Virus record (IMG/VR): IMGVR_UViG_3300028326_000159
Location: 1 to 24,639 of that record
DNA length: 24,639 bases
Strand: one strand, 5' to 3'
Origin: a virus
Taxonomy: Duplodnaviria; Caudoviricetes
Part shown: positions 1-8,666 of the stretch, piece by piece
Layout: each line of letters begins with the position of its first letter
Numbering within the stretch: the stretch's first letter is position 1
Made by a program: the position numbers and the translations under genes
Notes under the pieces: model-generated
Seen by the model: the letters and a program-made list of their open reading frames with translations, nothing else
The model's database searches: none
Told to the model about the DNA's origin: nothing

Positions 1-34
1 CCATCTTCTGAGTGCTCCATATGACTCTGCTTGT

Positions 35-63
35 ATGATAGCACTCAAAAGGGAACGCTTCAA
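35..63 (-). promoter_or_regulatory. Sigma70-type promoter firing leftward out of the window
   Basis: Minus strand TTGAAG (63-58), 17 nt spacer, TATCAT (40-35) with extended -10 TG; GGAG (18-15) then ATG at 4-2. Confidence 0.6.
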
Positions 64-95
64 TCAGTTATTTAATGTATTTATGCAATTAAACA

Positions 96-554
96 CTAGA
101 ATTCTTTTGACCACTGCATCTGCAAATGGACCTCTATTGCCGTCATTGTCCTGCTGGCGCTGACCTGCGGGAAATAATCCATGTCCGTCACCATCAGGCC
201 TTCAATGTATCCGCTTAATGTCTGATTGCTTCTCAGCATCCTGTATAGCGCCGAGTAATAGCCAAAGACCTTGTGAATCAATGCTGAGCTTCTTGCTCCC
301 TTGCAAAGGATGAACACCGAGGCATTCATGGTAGCGATGTCGCTTGACATGCTCAGCGCCTCGAGGCTCTCATTATCCGGCTGGATATAGAGCATCGAGT
401 TCTTCCTCATGCTGTCAGGGTCTGGGAAGTCAATCTCGATATTGCTTGCATCAATGCTCTCTGGTGCAATATTGCCCTGAGTTTCTATATAGCTATTTAA
501 TTGAGAGACCATCGTTGCCTTGAGCCTCTCAAGCACCTGCATTTCTGTCTTCAT
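96..554 (-). CDS. Putative tail terminator / tail completion protein (152 aa)
   Basis: Position after connector and gp10-like gene, size, ATGA overlap with the upstream gene; no diagnostic motif recognised. Confidence 0.55.
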   Translation of the reverse strand: MKTEMQVLERLKATMVSQLNSYIETQGNIAPESIDASNIEIDFPDPDSMRKNSMLYIQPDNESLEALSMSSDIATMNASVFILCKGARSSALIHKVFGYYSALYRMLRSNQTLSGYIEGLMVTDMDYFPQVSASRTMTAIEVHLQMQWSKEF

Positions 555-1081
555 CTTGCCTTCCCCTTTGCTTTCTTCTCAATCTTCACGACTTCCTTCT
601 CCACCAGCTGGTCAAGCTTCTGCCTGAATGCCGCACTCTGGAGGTATGCCTTCACCGGGGATGAGACGAAGTCCCGCTCGGGCAGTTTCACCGAGTGTAC
701 CTTCACCCATTTGCCATCAGCCTGAAATGTCAGGTATTCTCCCTTCCTGGCAGTAATCAGAGAGCCCTTTGCAAGCGCATAGCCATAGAAGACATTGTCC
801 TTGGACCGTGCCTTGGCCTGTACGATGACTGCCTTACCGTTCCTCAGCACCTTGCGCTCGATGCTCTTGTAAAGCATTCCGGAGCGTTTGCTGAGACCGG
901 CTTCCTTATAGCCTTTCTTTACCGGGCTCTTGGCAGCAGTGCCCACACCTGAGAGGATGTGCCTCATCACCGTGGTCTTCTTCCCGCCAAGCTCGGTGAG
1001 CATCCTGATAGGCTCAGAAATATCTGTCTCTATGGAAAGCTCGTTGGCCTTGCCTGTCTTTTTCCTTGAACCGAGTGCCAT
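551..1081 (-). CDS. HK97 gp10-like neck / tail completion protein (176 aa)
   Basis: Basic protein with RSGMLYKSI and C-terminal LPERDFV motifs resembling the gp10/Mu gpG-like family; follows the connector gene. Confidence 0.65.
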   Translation of the reverse strand: MALGSRKKTGKANELSIETDISEPIRMLTELGGKKTTVMRHILSGVGTAAKSPVKKGYKEAGLSKRSGMLYKSIERKVLRNGKAVIVQAKARSKDNVFYGYALAKGSLITARKGEYLTFQADGKWVKVHSVKLPERDFVSSPVKAYLQSAAFRQKLDQLVEKEVVKIEKKAKGKAR

Positions 1082-1417
1082 CTAGAACCCCACAGTACGG
1101 AGAGGGTCCAAGGGCTGAAGATACTTCCTGTAGTTGCTGTAGTTGATGAATGTCCGGCTGTTGCCGTCAAAGCTCTTGCCAGTAAGCCCTATGTTCCCGC
1201 CTGACTCAGAGAGCATAAGCGTCGCCACCCTGAGGATAGAGAGCCTGACCACCTCCGGAATCTCAGTGGCTTCCCATTTCTCTTCTGCCTCAAAGCCAAG
1301 ATACCCATCGCAGATCTCCTGGGCTGACTTGAGGAACATGGTCTTGATGGTCACGGCATCAACCGAGTCCTCGAAGTTCCCGCTATAGGCATTAAACTGC
1401 GCGATGCTTACAATCAT
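1082..1417 (-). CDS. Head-tail connector (gp6/gp15-like, about 111 aa)
   Basis: AQEICDGYLG and IPEVVRLSILRVATLML helices, C-terminal LDPLR; GGAG RBS favours ATG 1417 over the track start at 1444. Confidence 0.75.
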   Translation of the reverse strand: MIVSIAQFNAYSGNFEDSVDAVTIKTMFLKSAQEICDGYLGFEAEEKWEATEIPEVVRLSILRVATLMLSESGGNIGLTGKSFDGNSRTFINYSNYRKYLQPLDPLRTVGF

Positions 1418-1433
1418 GTTCATCTCCAATTTC

Positions 1434-1467
1434 AAAACCGGCATCTCAGGATTACTCCCAAGATGCC
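1434..1467 (-). terminator. Intrinsic terminator-like hairpin after capsid and head fibre genes
   Basis: Minus strand GGCATCTTGGGA-GTAA-TCCTGAGATGCC (12-bp stem with two G-U pairs, GNRA loop) followed by GGTTTT. Confidence 0.7.
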
Positions 1468-1476
1468 TTGTGTCTG

Positions 1477-1764
1477 TTACTCTGAAAGAATGCCTGCAGT
1501 CCGTAGCTTGGCAAGAAGCGCGTTGAAGTCAGTCAGTAAACCTGCCGCATCAACCGCCACGCTGTCAGCCTGAGAGGCTGCCTTCTTCACACCACCAATC
1601 TTCGTGGTTGTCGCCGTTGGCAAGGTATAGGCAGAAGTCTGCAGTCCTTCGACCGTAGCCCCTGCATCAACCTTGATCTTGCCGCCGGAGAGGATTTCAA
1701 TCTCCCCGCCGATGACCGTCTTCTCCCCGCCCTGGGCGGTGTAGTTCTTTGAGTTATAGCTCAT
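1477..1764 (-). CDS. Head fibre / capsid decoration protein (95 aa)
   Basis: N-terminal YTAQGGEKTVIGG, YTLPTATTTKIGGVK and C-terminal DFNALLAKLRTAGI motifs; GGGAGG RBS; directly after the major capsid gene. Confidence 0.8.
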   Translation of the reverse strand: MSYNSKNYTAQGGEKTVIGGEIEILSGGKIKVDAGATVEGLQTSAYTLPTATTTKIGGVKKAASQADSVAVDAAGLLTDFNALLAKLRTAGILSE

Positions 1765-1777
1765 ACTCTACCTCCCA

Positions 1778-2971
1778 TCAGGCGTGTTGTTGGAGAACCT
1801 TGATGGACTCAGAGAGCGTCAGCTTGCCGTCGACCCTCTGTGACCCAAGGAAACCGACCTGTCCGTTCGGAGCATAAAGCTCGCCTAGGCGCTTGAAGGA
1901 ACGACCCTGACGGTCTGCAATCCAGTAATAGGAATAATCACCAAAGGCGATTGTCTTGGCTCCCGCCACAAGGGTCGGCATGTAGGCCGAGGTCATTACG
2001 GGGCGACTGAGAATGGTATCGGGAGTCCCTGCGGTCAGCGAAGGCTGCCAGAGGTAGTTGCCGTTGCCGTCCTTCAGCTTGCGGATGGCCTTGATGGTGG
2101 AATCATTGAGAATCCATACAGCGTTCTTGCGGTACGGTGTGTTGAGACTGTAGTAGAGATCCATCAGTTCGTCTACGGTGATTGCAGTCGCTCCTGCAGA
2201 GGTCACGCCAACATCAGCACCTCCTGTGGAATTGAGAATCCCGTTGGGCTTGCCTGTTCCGTTACCCGTGAAGAAAGCTTCCTCCTCCTTATTGCCGATG
2301 CGACGTGCAAACTCCTTGGCGATGTATCCCTCGAGGTCGAACACATTGTCGTTCAGCAGTTCCTCGGAAACCTTAATCATGGTCCCAAGCTTGTAAGCCC
2401 CTATGGTCACCTGCCCGAAAGCATCATCGCTCTCAGTGAAAGCGCCTTCCTCGTCAATCCATGAAGCGGTACCCTTGGACGAGACCACCGGAATCTTCCT
2501 GTCGCCACTTGAGGTCTGGATGATGGTCGCCAGCTGACGGAAGATGTTCTCCTCGGTCAATGCCTCGACAAGCTTATGCTCGAACTCGTCAGGAACCAGA
2601 TACCCGCCCTCGCTGTCGGTGCCAATCTGAAGCGCATTCATCACGCTCGGCATTGAAGCCTTGTTGCGCATATGGCTCCAGAATGAAGACCTATACTCGT
2701 CAGCAGCCCTGCCTGATTTCATCGCCATGCCAGCATCCGGCCTGCCGATGATGGGCTTGTTGACGGGCTTGCCAAGCTCTGCATCAAGAGCTTCCTGGCG
2801 CTCCATGCGCGACACTTCCTTGCCAAGGTCGCTGACTTCCTGCTCCATGCGCGAGTAGGTGGCGTCATCCTCTGCGGTAAGCGTGCCCTTATCGGTCCTG
2901 TGTGAATCCAAGAAGCTCTTGCAGGCCTCCCAGGCCTTTGCTCTTTTCTCTCTCATTTCAAGAATAGTCAT
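1778..2971 (-). CDS. Major capsid protein, HK97 family (397 aa)
   Basis: N-terminal coiled-coil delta domain, DSEGGYLVP, GNGTGKPNGI, LKDGNGNYLWQP, FGDYSYY, RVDG. Confidence 0.97.
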   Translation of the reverse strand: MTILEMREKRAKAWEACKSFLDSHRTDKGTLTAEDDATYSRMEQEVSDLGKEVSRMERQEALDAELGKPVNKPIIGRPDAGMAMKSGRAADEYRSSFWSHMRNKASMPSVMNALQIGTDSEGGYLVPDEFEHKLVEALTEENIFRQLATIIQTSSGDRKIPVVSSKGTASWIDEEGAFTESDDAFGQVTIGAYKLGTMIKVSEELLNDNVFDLEGYIAKEFARRIGNKEEEAFFTGNGTGKPNGILNSTGGADVGVTSAGATAITVDELMDLYYSLNTPYRKNAVWILNDSTIKAIRKLKDGNGNYLWQPSLTAGTPDTILSRPVMTSAYMPTLVAGAKTIAFGDYSYYWIADRQGRSFKRLGELYAPNGQVGFLGSQRVDGKLTLSESIKVLQQHA

Positions 2972-2987
2972 TTGCTATCTCTCCTTT

Positions 2988-3695
2988 TCAGTATTTCATG
3001 AGTCTCAGGCGTTCCATGAGGGAATCGACCGAGCGTCCTTCCTTGATTGGCTTCGGCATGATCTTGTTCAGAAGTGCGGCATCCGCCGCCTTGCTGGAAA
3101 ACATCACAGGCTCTGGATCAGCATTCTCGCCAGCGCTTTCCTCGCGCCTGAGGATGTCATCGCAGAACCCCATTTCCTTGGCCTTGTTTGCGTCCATCCA
3201 GGTCTCCGCATCCATGAGATGCGAGAGCTTTGCCCTGGACTGACCTGTCTTTATCTCGTATGCGTTGATGATTGATTCCTTGACGCTGGAAAGCATGTCG
3301 ATTGCCTTCTGCATTTCCTTGGAATCACCCATAGCCATCGTCAGAGGGTTGTGGATCATCATCATCGACACCGGGCTCATCAGCACGCGTGTACCTGCCA
3401 TAGCGATGACCGAGGCGGCGGAAGCCGCCATGCCATCAATCTTGACGGTCACATTGTGCGGATAAGAAATCAGCATGTTGTATATCTGCGCAGCCGCCAC
3501 GCAGTCACCGCCTGGGGAATTGATCCAGATCGTGATGTCACCGCCTCCTGCCTCAAGTTCATCCTTGAACAGCTTTGGGGTGACATCATCGTCAAACCAG
3601 CTTTCCTCGGCGATTGTCCCGTTGAGGAACAGCGTCCTTTCCGCCGGAGCTGTCTCCGTCGCCGCCTTGTTCCTCCACTTCCAGAACCTTTTCAT
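2988..3695 (-). CDS. ClpP-related head maturation protease (about 235 aa)
   Basis: INSPGGD, DGMAASAAS (catalytic Ser), MMIHNP (His), ETWMDA; AGGAGG spacing favours ATG 3695 over 3701. Confidence 0.95.
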   Translation of the reverse strand: MKRFWKWRNKAATETAPAERTLFLNGTIAEESWFDDDVTPKLFKDELEAGGGDITIWINSPGGDCVAAAQIYNMLISYPHNVTVKIDGMAASAASVIAMAGTRVLMSPVSMMMIHNPLTMAMGDSKEMQKAIDMLSSVKESIINAYEIKTGQSRAKLSHLMDAETWMDANKAKEMGFCDDILRREESAGENADPEPVMFSSKAADAALLNKIMPKPIKEGRSVDSLMERLRLMKY

Positions 3696-4944
3696 CGTCA
3701 TCCTCCTGTAATTGGGATTGTTGCCTTATCTGCGAGGCGTTAAGCGGCATCATGTTTCCGTTCACCAGATACAGGTCGCCACCTTTCTCCTCGCTGATGC
3801 GATCCATGTTCTCAAGCTCGCGGATGTCGTTCGCACTCAGCCAGCCGTTCTGCCGTCCGATTGCATAGCCGTTCATTCGCGACCCGTAATCGCCCCGGAG
3901 GAGTCCCTCCAGGTTGAACTTCACGAACATATCCTTCCTCTCGTCCTCGCGCAGGAGCGTCCGCATCATCGACTGCTCCCAGCGAACCACCCAAGGATCC
4001 AGCGTGTATTTCACGAATTCCAAGGATTGCTGCTCTATGTTGGAGAAGCTTGATTTCTCAAGGTCTCCCACCATATGCGGCGGTACCCTGAAGATCCTGG
4101 CTATCTCATCAATCTGGAACTTGCGTGTCTCAAGGAACTGGCTCTGCTCAGGGCTTATGCCTATGGGGGTGTATTTCATTCCCTCTTCAAGCACCGCAAT
4201 CTTGTTGGAATTACCGCTGCCGCCGAATGTCGACTGCCAGCTCTCCCTGATACGTGCCGGGTCCTTGATGATTCCAGGATGCTCCAGCACCCCGCCAGGA
4301 GATGCCCCGTTGGCAAAGAACTTAGCCCCATACTCCTCGCAGGCTATGGCCATGCCGATGGCATTCTTGGCCATCGCGATTGGCGAGTACCCGACAAGAC
4401 CATCGAAACCGAGACCGGGGATGTGAAGCACATCGGTCGGCCTCAGCGTGACGGATGTGCCTTTCACTGTAGGAGCGTCCTCGTTCGAGCGGGTGTATGT
4501 GTAATACAGATGCCCGGTTGCATCACGGTCCACAGCCATCTTGTTCGGCATCAGCGGATACAAGGCGATGATCTCGCCCTTGCCGTTGCGGATAATCTGG
4601 GCATAGGCGTTGCCCCAAAGGAGCAGATGCGTCATCAGGGCTTCCCTGAAGACGAAGCTGGACATTTCCGGATTCGGCTCGTCGTGAAGCAAGCGGTAAA
4701 GGCTGTGGTCTATGGCTTTCTCCTTGCCACCATCAGGCTTGTACCTGTAGAGGTGAAGGGGAAGCCCCGCAATTGCCTCGGATAGTATCCTGACACAGGC
4801 ATAGACTGCGGTCATCTGCATTGCAGAACGCTCATTGACGCTCTTGCCCGCACTTGAGCCGCCCAGGAAAAAGCTGAACGAGCTTCCGGACGTAGCGTTC
4901 CTGGGCTTGTCTCTTGTGCGGAACAAGCCTGATAGTATTCCCAT
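3592..4944 (-). CDS. Portal protein, HK97 family (450 aa)
   Basis: AVYACVRILSEAIAGLP, LLLWGNAY, DVLHIPGLGFDGLVGYSPI, EIARIFRVPPHMVG, SNIEQQS, NDIRELEN. Confidence 0.97.
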   Translation of the reverse strand: MGILSGLFRTRDKPRNATSGSSFSFFLGGSSAGKSVNERSAMQMTAVYACVRILSEAIAGLPLHLYRYKPDGGKEKAIDHSLYRLLHDEPNPEMSSFVFREALMTHLLLWGNAYAQIIRNGKGEIIALYPLMPNKMAVDRDATGHLYYTYTRSNEDAPTVKGTSVTLRPTDVLHIPGLGFDGLVGYSPIAMAKNAIGMAIACEEYGAKFFANGASPGGVLEHPGIIKDPARIRESWQSTFGGSGNSNKIAVLEEGMKYTPIGISPEQSQFLETRKFQIDEIARIFRVPPHMVGDLEKSSFSNIEQQSLEFVKYTLDPWVVRWEQSMMRTLLREDERKDMFVKFNLEGLLRGDYGSRMNGYAIGRQNGWLSANDIRELENMDRISEEKGGDLYLVNGNMMPLNASQIRQQSQLQEDDDEKVLEVEEQGGDGDSSGGKDAVPQRDNRRGKLV

Positions 4945-4955
4945 TGAATTTTCTC

Positions 4956-6971
4956 CTATATCAACAAAAGCCCGCGGCTCTCATAGACAGACTCCGATGT
5001 GTCGTTGCCGCATCTGATGGCTCTGTCCAGCGCCATGATGGTGGCAACCGCACCGTCTATTTTCTCGGTCGATTTCTCCTTGTCTGGCTTGATATTGCCT
5101 GCAGGGTCGGTGCGGATGAAGATGTTGTCCATCATCCAGCGAAGCACCGGGTGCCCGCCATGAGCAATCTTCCTTTCCAGGACAAGCTTCATCAGTTCCT
5201 TGGTCGGAGGACTCATATCCTTGAACCCCTGACCGAAGGGAACCACAGTGAAGCCCATGCCCTCGAGATTCTGCACCATCTGCACAGCTCCCCATCGGTC
5301 GAATGCTATTTCACGGATATTGTATTTCTCGCCCAGTCTCTCTATGAATTTCTCGATGTAGCCGTAGTGGACGACATTACCCTCTGTGGTTTCAAGCTTC
5401 CCTTGGCGGTGCCACAAATCGTAAGGAACGTGATCTCGGTTGACTCGGATGTCCATGTTGTCTTCAGGAATCCAAAAGAAGGGCAGGACATGATATGGCT
5501 CACCCTCATCCTGAGGCGGGAACACCAGTACAAATGCCGTGATGTCCATTGAGGATGAAAGATCCAGTCCGCCGTAGCAGACTCTGCCTTCCAGCGCTTC
5601 CTCATCGACAGGCCTTGCACATAAATCCCATTTCTCCATAGGCATCCAGCGTATGGCCTGCTTGACCCATTGGTTCAGCCTTAGTTGGCGGAAGCTGTTT
5701 TCCTCTGCTGGATTCTGCCTCGCGCTATCACATGCAGCCTGGACTTTATCAATGCCGACTGTGATGCCAAGTGATGGATTGGCCTTCTTCCAGACCTTGG
5801 GGTCTGTCCAGTCATCAGCTTCATCCGCTCCGTAGATTACAGGATAGAACGTCTTGTCCGCCTTCCTGCCTTCCAGGATATCCTTGGCCTTCTGGTGCGT
5901 CTCGTAGCAGATGCTGTGGGTGTCTGTTCCTGCTGTGGTAATCAGGAAGTACAGCGGTTGCATTCTTGCGTCTCCCGAGCCCTTGGTCATTACATCAAAG
6001 AGCTTGCGGTTCGGCTGGGTATGCAACTCGTCAAAGACCACTCCGTGAATGTTGAAGCCATGCTTGCTGTAAGCCTCAGCTGAGAGTACTTGGTAAAAAC
6101 TGTTCGTCGGAAGGTAGATGATGCGCTTGGTGGCTGCCAGTATCTTCACTCTCTTATTCAGAGCAGGGCACATGCGTACCATGTCCGCTGCAACTTCAAA
6201 GACGATTGATGCTTGCTGGCGGTCTGCCGCACAGCCATAAACCTCTGCCCGCTCCTCCTCATCTCCACAGGTAAGAAGCAAGGCAACAGCGGCTGCAAGC
6301 TCACTGTTATGAGTTGGTATCCTCGAGCGTCCAGCAAGATAACAGTGGCTCGTGCTATCGACCTGAATGCACTGCATCTTCACTGGATGATTTACCATAG
6401 TGATATTTTCAAGCTCGAAATGCCCTGCAATATCAATGATGCAGGACAGCCCGTTGGTGAAGCTGTCAAATATCTCCTTGCTCTGGTACACGCCATGCTT
6501 AGTGTTTATGCAGATATCCCATAGATGACGCTCACCTGCGACAATCGGCTCGCAAGACTTGAACTTCAGTTCATAGGCTTGCTCGGTATCGTCAACCTCA
6601 CTTTTCGCCACAACATGACAAATATTACCATTCTCGTCAAAGACACTGTCTCCGATTTGTATTTCTCCCATCGTGGTAAAACCATGAGGAGTGGGAATGA
6701 GGGTATCAAGGGACAGTTGTTTACCCATCTTCTTGGGTATCTCGATATAGGCGGTGTTGAACTGCCGGTACCCGTTGGGCTTGACGACACCAAACAGGTC
6801 TCGAATTATCTGCTCCTGCCAAGGTATCAGCTCGAACTTCTTGCCAGCCCACGTGCCCTTGGTGTGGCTCAGGCAGTTGATGAAGCCCACGGCATAATCT
6901 GCCTTGACTTTATCGTAGACCGAGTCCTTCGCCTTGAAGGGTGTTGTCTTGTAGTTCTTAAGCTGTTTCAC
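4956..6971 (-). CDS. terL: Terminase large subunit, intein-containing precursor (671 aa; 533 aa after splicing)
   Basis: PWQ Q-motif, Walker A IPKKMGK/SE split by an intein, Walker B VVFDELH, ITTAG, nuclease GLDLSS and KIDG; GTG start with GGAGG RBS. Confidence 0.97.
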   Translation of the reverse strand: MKQLKNYKTTPFKAKDSVYDKVKADYAVGFINCLSHTKGTWAGKKFELIPWQEQIIRDLFGVVKPNGYRQFNTAYIEIPKKMGKQLSLDTLIPTPHGFTTMGEIQIGDSVFDENGNICHVVAKSEVDDTEQAYELKFKSCEPIVAGERHLWDICINTKHGVYQSKEIFDSFTNGLSCIIDIAGHFELENITMVNHPVKMQCIQVDSTSHCYLAGRSRIPTHNSELAAAVALLLTCGDEEERAEVYGCAADRQQASIVFEVAADMVRMCPALNKRVKILAATKRIIYLPTNSFYQVLSAEAYSKHGFNIHGVVFDELHTQPNRKLFDVMTKGSGDARMQPLYFLITTAGTDTHSICYETHQKAKDILEGRKADKTFYPVIYGADEADDWTDPKVWKKANPSLGITVGIDKVQAACDSARQNPAEENSFRQLRLNQWVKQAIRWMPMEKWDLCARPVDEEALEGRVCYGGLDLSSSMDITAFVLVFPPQDEGEPYHVLPFFWIPEDNMDIRVNRDHVPYDLWHRQGKLETTEGNVVHYGYIEKFIERLGEKYNIREIAFDRWGAVQMVQNLEGMGFTVVPFGQGFKDMSPPTKELMKLVLERKIAHGGHPVLRWMMDNIFIRTDPAGNIKPDKEKSTEKIDGAVATIMALDRAIRCGNDTSESVYESRGLLLI
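6306..6719 (-). mobile_element. Class 3 mini-intein (138 aa, Gln1 to Asn138) in the TerL Walker A motif
   Basis: QLSLDTLIPTP block A, AGERHLW block B (Trp), MQCIQV block F (Cys), IPTHN/S block G (Thr); removal restores KMGK-SELAA; no endonuclease domain. Confidence 0.93.
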
Positions 6972-6990
6972 AAGCCCTCCTTAAGGCATG

Positions 6991-7013
6991 AAAAAAGGCC
7001 CGTCTCCGAGCCT
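6991..7013 (-). terminator. Intrinsic terminator just upstream of terL
   Basis: Minus strand AGGCTCG-GAGA-CGGGCCT followed by TTTTT. Confidence 0.8.
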
Positions 7014-7046
7014 CAAATAGCAAGTGTATATATGCAAAAGATTTGA

Positions 7047-7220
7047 CTATTCTCCGTACAGAATGAAGTTCCAATATTCGCTCTTGTGTTCCTCTATGAA
7101 GATTACAAGCTCGCAAAAGCCCATCTCATTGGCTATGTTCTGGACACGAAGGACATCCAGCATGTTGACCTGTCCAGACGACCTTATCTGCAATATTTCA
7201 TCTCGGATGATGTTATCCAT
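7047..7220 (-). CDS. DUF5049-like small protein (57 aa; below the ORF-track cutoff)
   Basis: Manual translation MDNIIRDEILQIRSSGQVNMLDVLRVQNIANEMGFCELVIFIEEHKSEYWNFILYGE; GGGGAG RBS; starts 2 nt after the GGCT stop. Confidence 0.85.
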   Translation of the reverse strand: MDNIIRDEILQIRSSGQVNMLDVLRVQNIANEMGFCELVIFIEEHKSEYWNFILYGE

Positions 7221-7221
7221 A

Positions 7222-7659
7222 TCACTCCCCTTGGCTTTCTCTGAGAGCCTTGTTGATTGCGCTATGAGAGAAACGACAATCGTCGTAGCCTCTTTGAATT
7301 GTCTTGAAATACCACTCGCTGGGCATGGCTAGGGGTCTGGGGACCATGATGTAGACCATAGCTGTCACCATCTTGCCATCAAGAAAGATTTGCACATCCT
7401 GTTTGTAATAGTGACTTGGCCAGCCTTCATAGCGGTCAAGCTTTCTCTCGTCTGCTTCGCTTATCTCCCAAAGCAGTACCGGTACCGCTGAGCCTGTGTG
7501 CTCTTCTATGGTTGCGAACGCACACCCTTGTTCGCCTCTGAAACTGAGCTTCCAGCCCAGCAACTTTGTCGTTCCTATAGCCTTTGCATCAGGACACCTG
7601 AATGCCATCTGCTCAAGATTCAGATTGCTTCCGTAAGCAAGGTAGATTTTCTTCTTCAT
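7222..7659 (-). CDS. Gamma-glutamylcyclotransferase (GGCT/AIG2-like) family protein (145 aa)
   Basis: YLAYGSNL and LDRYEG signature motifs, PSEWY; AGGAGG RBS. Confidence 0.92.
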   Translation of the reverse strand: MKKKIYLAYGSNLNLEQMAFRCPDAKAIGTTKLLGWKLSFRGEQGCAFATIEEHTGSAVPVLLWEISEADERKLDRYEGWPSHYYKQDVQIFLDGKMVTAMVYIMVPRPLAMPSEWYFKTIQRGYDDCRFSHSAINKALRESQGE

Positions 7660-7679
7660 AATTGCCTCCTACCACCTAA

Positions 7680-7697
7680 AGGGCGGTTGCCCGCCCT
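7680..7697 (-). other. GC-rich RNA hairpin between amidoligase and GGCT genes
   Basis: Minus strand AGGGCGG-GCAA-CCGCCCT perfect 7-bp stem with GNRA loop and only a short T tail. Confidence 0.55.
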
Positions 7698-7718
7698 CAG
7701 TGTCAGAAATGGCCGCTC

Positions 7719-8633
7719 TCATGCGGCTGTGTGAAAGCGCCATGCGGAGTTGCCGCTAAGCTTCTCGGTCAGGACCTTCCTTGTGTAGGCATATTCCTTG
7801 CCGCCAAGGCCGATCCTTATGAGGAAGCATCGCATCGTGAACTTTTCGTTTTCCTCTGACTTGCTCTTCTTTGCGCTGGCGCATCTCTGGGTCAAGGCCT
7901 GATGGTTCAGGCAAAGGGCCAGAAGTATGTAAGCTCTTATCACCCTGCAATCCGAAAGCGTAGAGTTGAAGAATCTGAGCTCAAGCGAGCCGTTGCCGTG
8001 GAATAGGCAGTGGTAGTTGAGAGCCGAATAGCGTGAGGAGTTGTAGTGGCTTTCCCTGTTGTCGTAGAAGCCATCGTACCAAATGTCCTCAAGTTCCTTC
8101 ATGGTCTTGGGGTTTCGCTTTTGGATCTTCTCAATCAATGTCTTGTCAATCTTCTGGCAGAATCTCATCCTTTGGGAAGGTACATCCAAAGCTTTGTAAA
8201 TAAGGTCGTTCTTGCTTGCCATGATGTTCAGGAAGTTCTTCAGGCTTCTGACCGTGTGGCCTTCGCTTCCAAGGTGGATGTGGATGCCTGTTCCAGTTGA
8301 GCCACCTGCAAAACCTCCTGCTTTTCTCAGTGCTCTGACAAGGTCCAGAAGCGTCTCGATGTCTGCATCGTAGGTAAGGATGGGGCTTACCAGCTCTACG
8401 CTGTAGTCTTTTCCAACCGATACCAGCCTTCCATCCCGCTTGACCTGGCAGTTGATGCTTGAGTCGCTCATGAACTTCCAGACCCTTCCGTCCGCTTGGG
8501 TAACTTCCCAAGTTCCGTAGTATGTGCCAGCGTACCTTTTCTGACCGTTAAGTATGCCCTGTGCAACCTCGGCCGCTCTTTCTCTGGTGATTCCTGTGAA
8601 CTCAATCTCGATTCCAAACTTTGTGCTAAACAT
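7719..8633 (-). CDS. Amidoligase family protein (COOH-NH2 ligase type 2, about 304 aa)
   Basis: FGIEIE, DSSI, ELVSP, GIHIH, RYSALN, ELRFFN motifs; GGAGG RBS favours ATG 8633. Confidence 0.92.
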   Translation of the reverse strand: MFSTKFGIEIEFTGITRERAAEVAQGILNGQKRYAGTYYGTWEVTQADGRVWKFMSDSSINCQVKRDGRLVSVGKDYSVELVSPILTYDADIETLLDLVRALRKAGGFAGGSTGTGIHIHLGSEGHTVRSLKNFLNIMASKNDLIYKALDVPSQRMRFCQKIDKTLIEKIQKRNPKTMKELEDIWYDGFYDNRESHYNSSRYSALNYHCLFHGNGSLELRFFNSTLSDCRVIRAYILLALCLNHQALTQRCASAKKSKSEENEKFTMRCFLIRIGLGGKEYAYTRKVLTEKLSGNSAWRFHTAA

Positions 8634-8666
8634 CTTCTTTTCCTCCAAGTGTGTTTCTTCCCTTTC

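Noticed and set aside
1765-1800. Capsid-to-head-fibre frameshift or read-through fusion
   Set aside because: No slippery run at the capsid end and the fibre gene has its own strong RBS.
4075-5552. Long plus-strand ORFs 4075-4785 and 4914-5552
   Set aside because: Antisense to portal and terL; explained by codon bias of the real genes.
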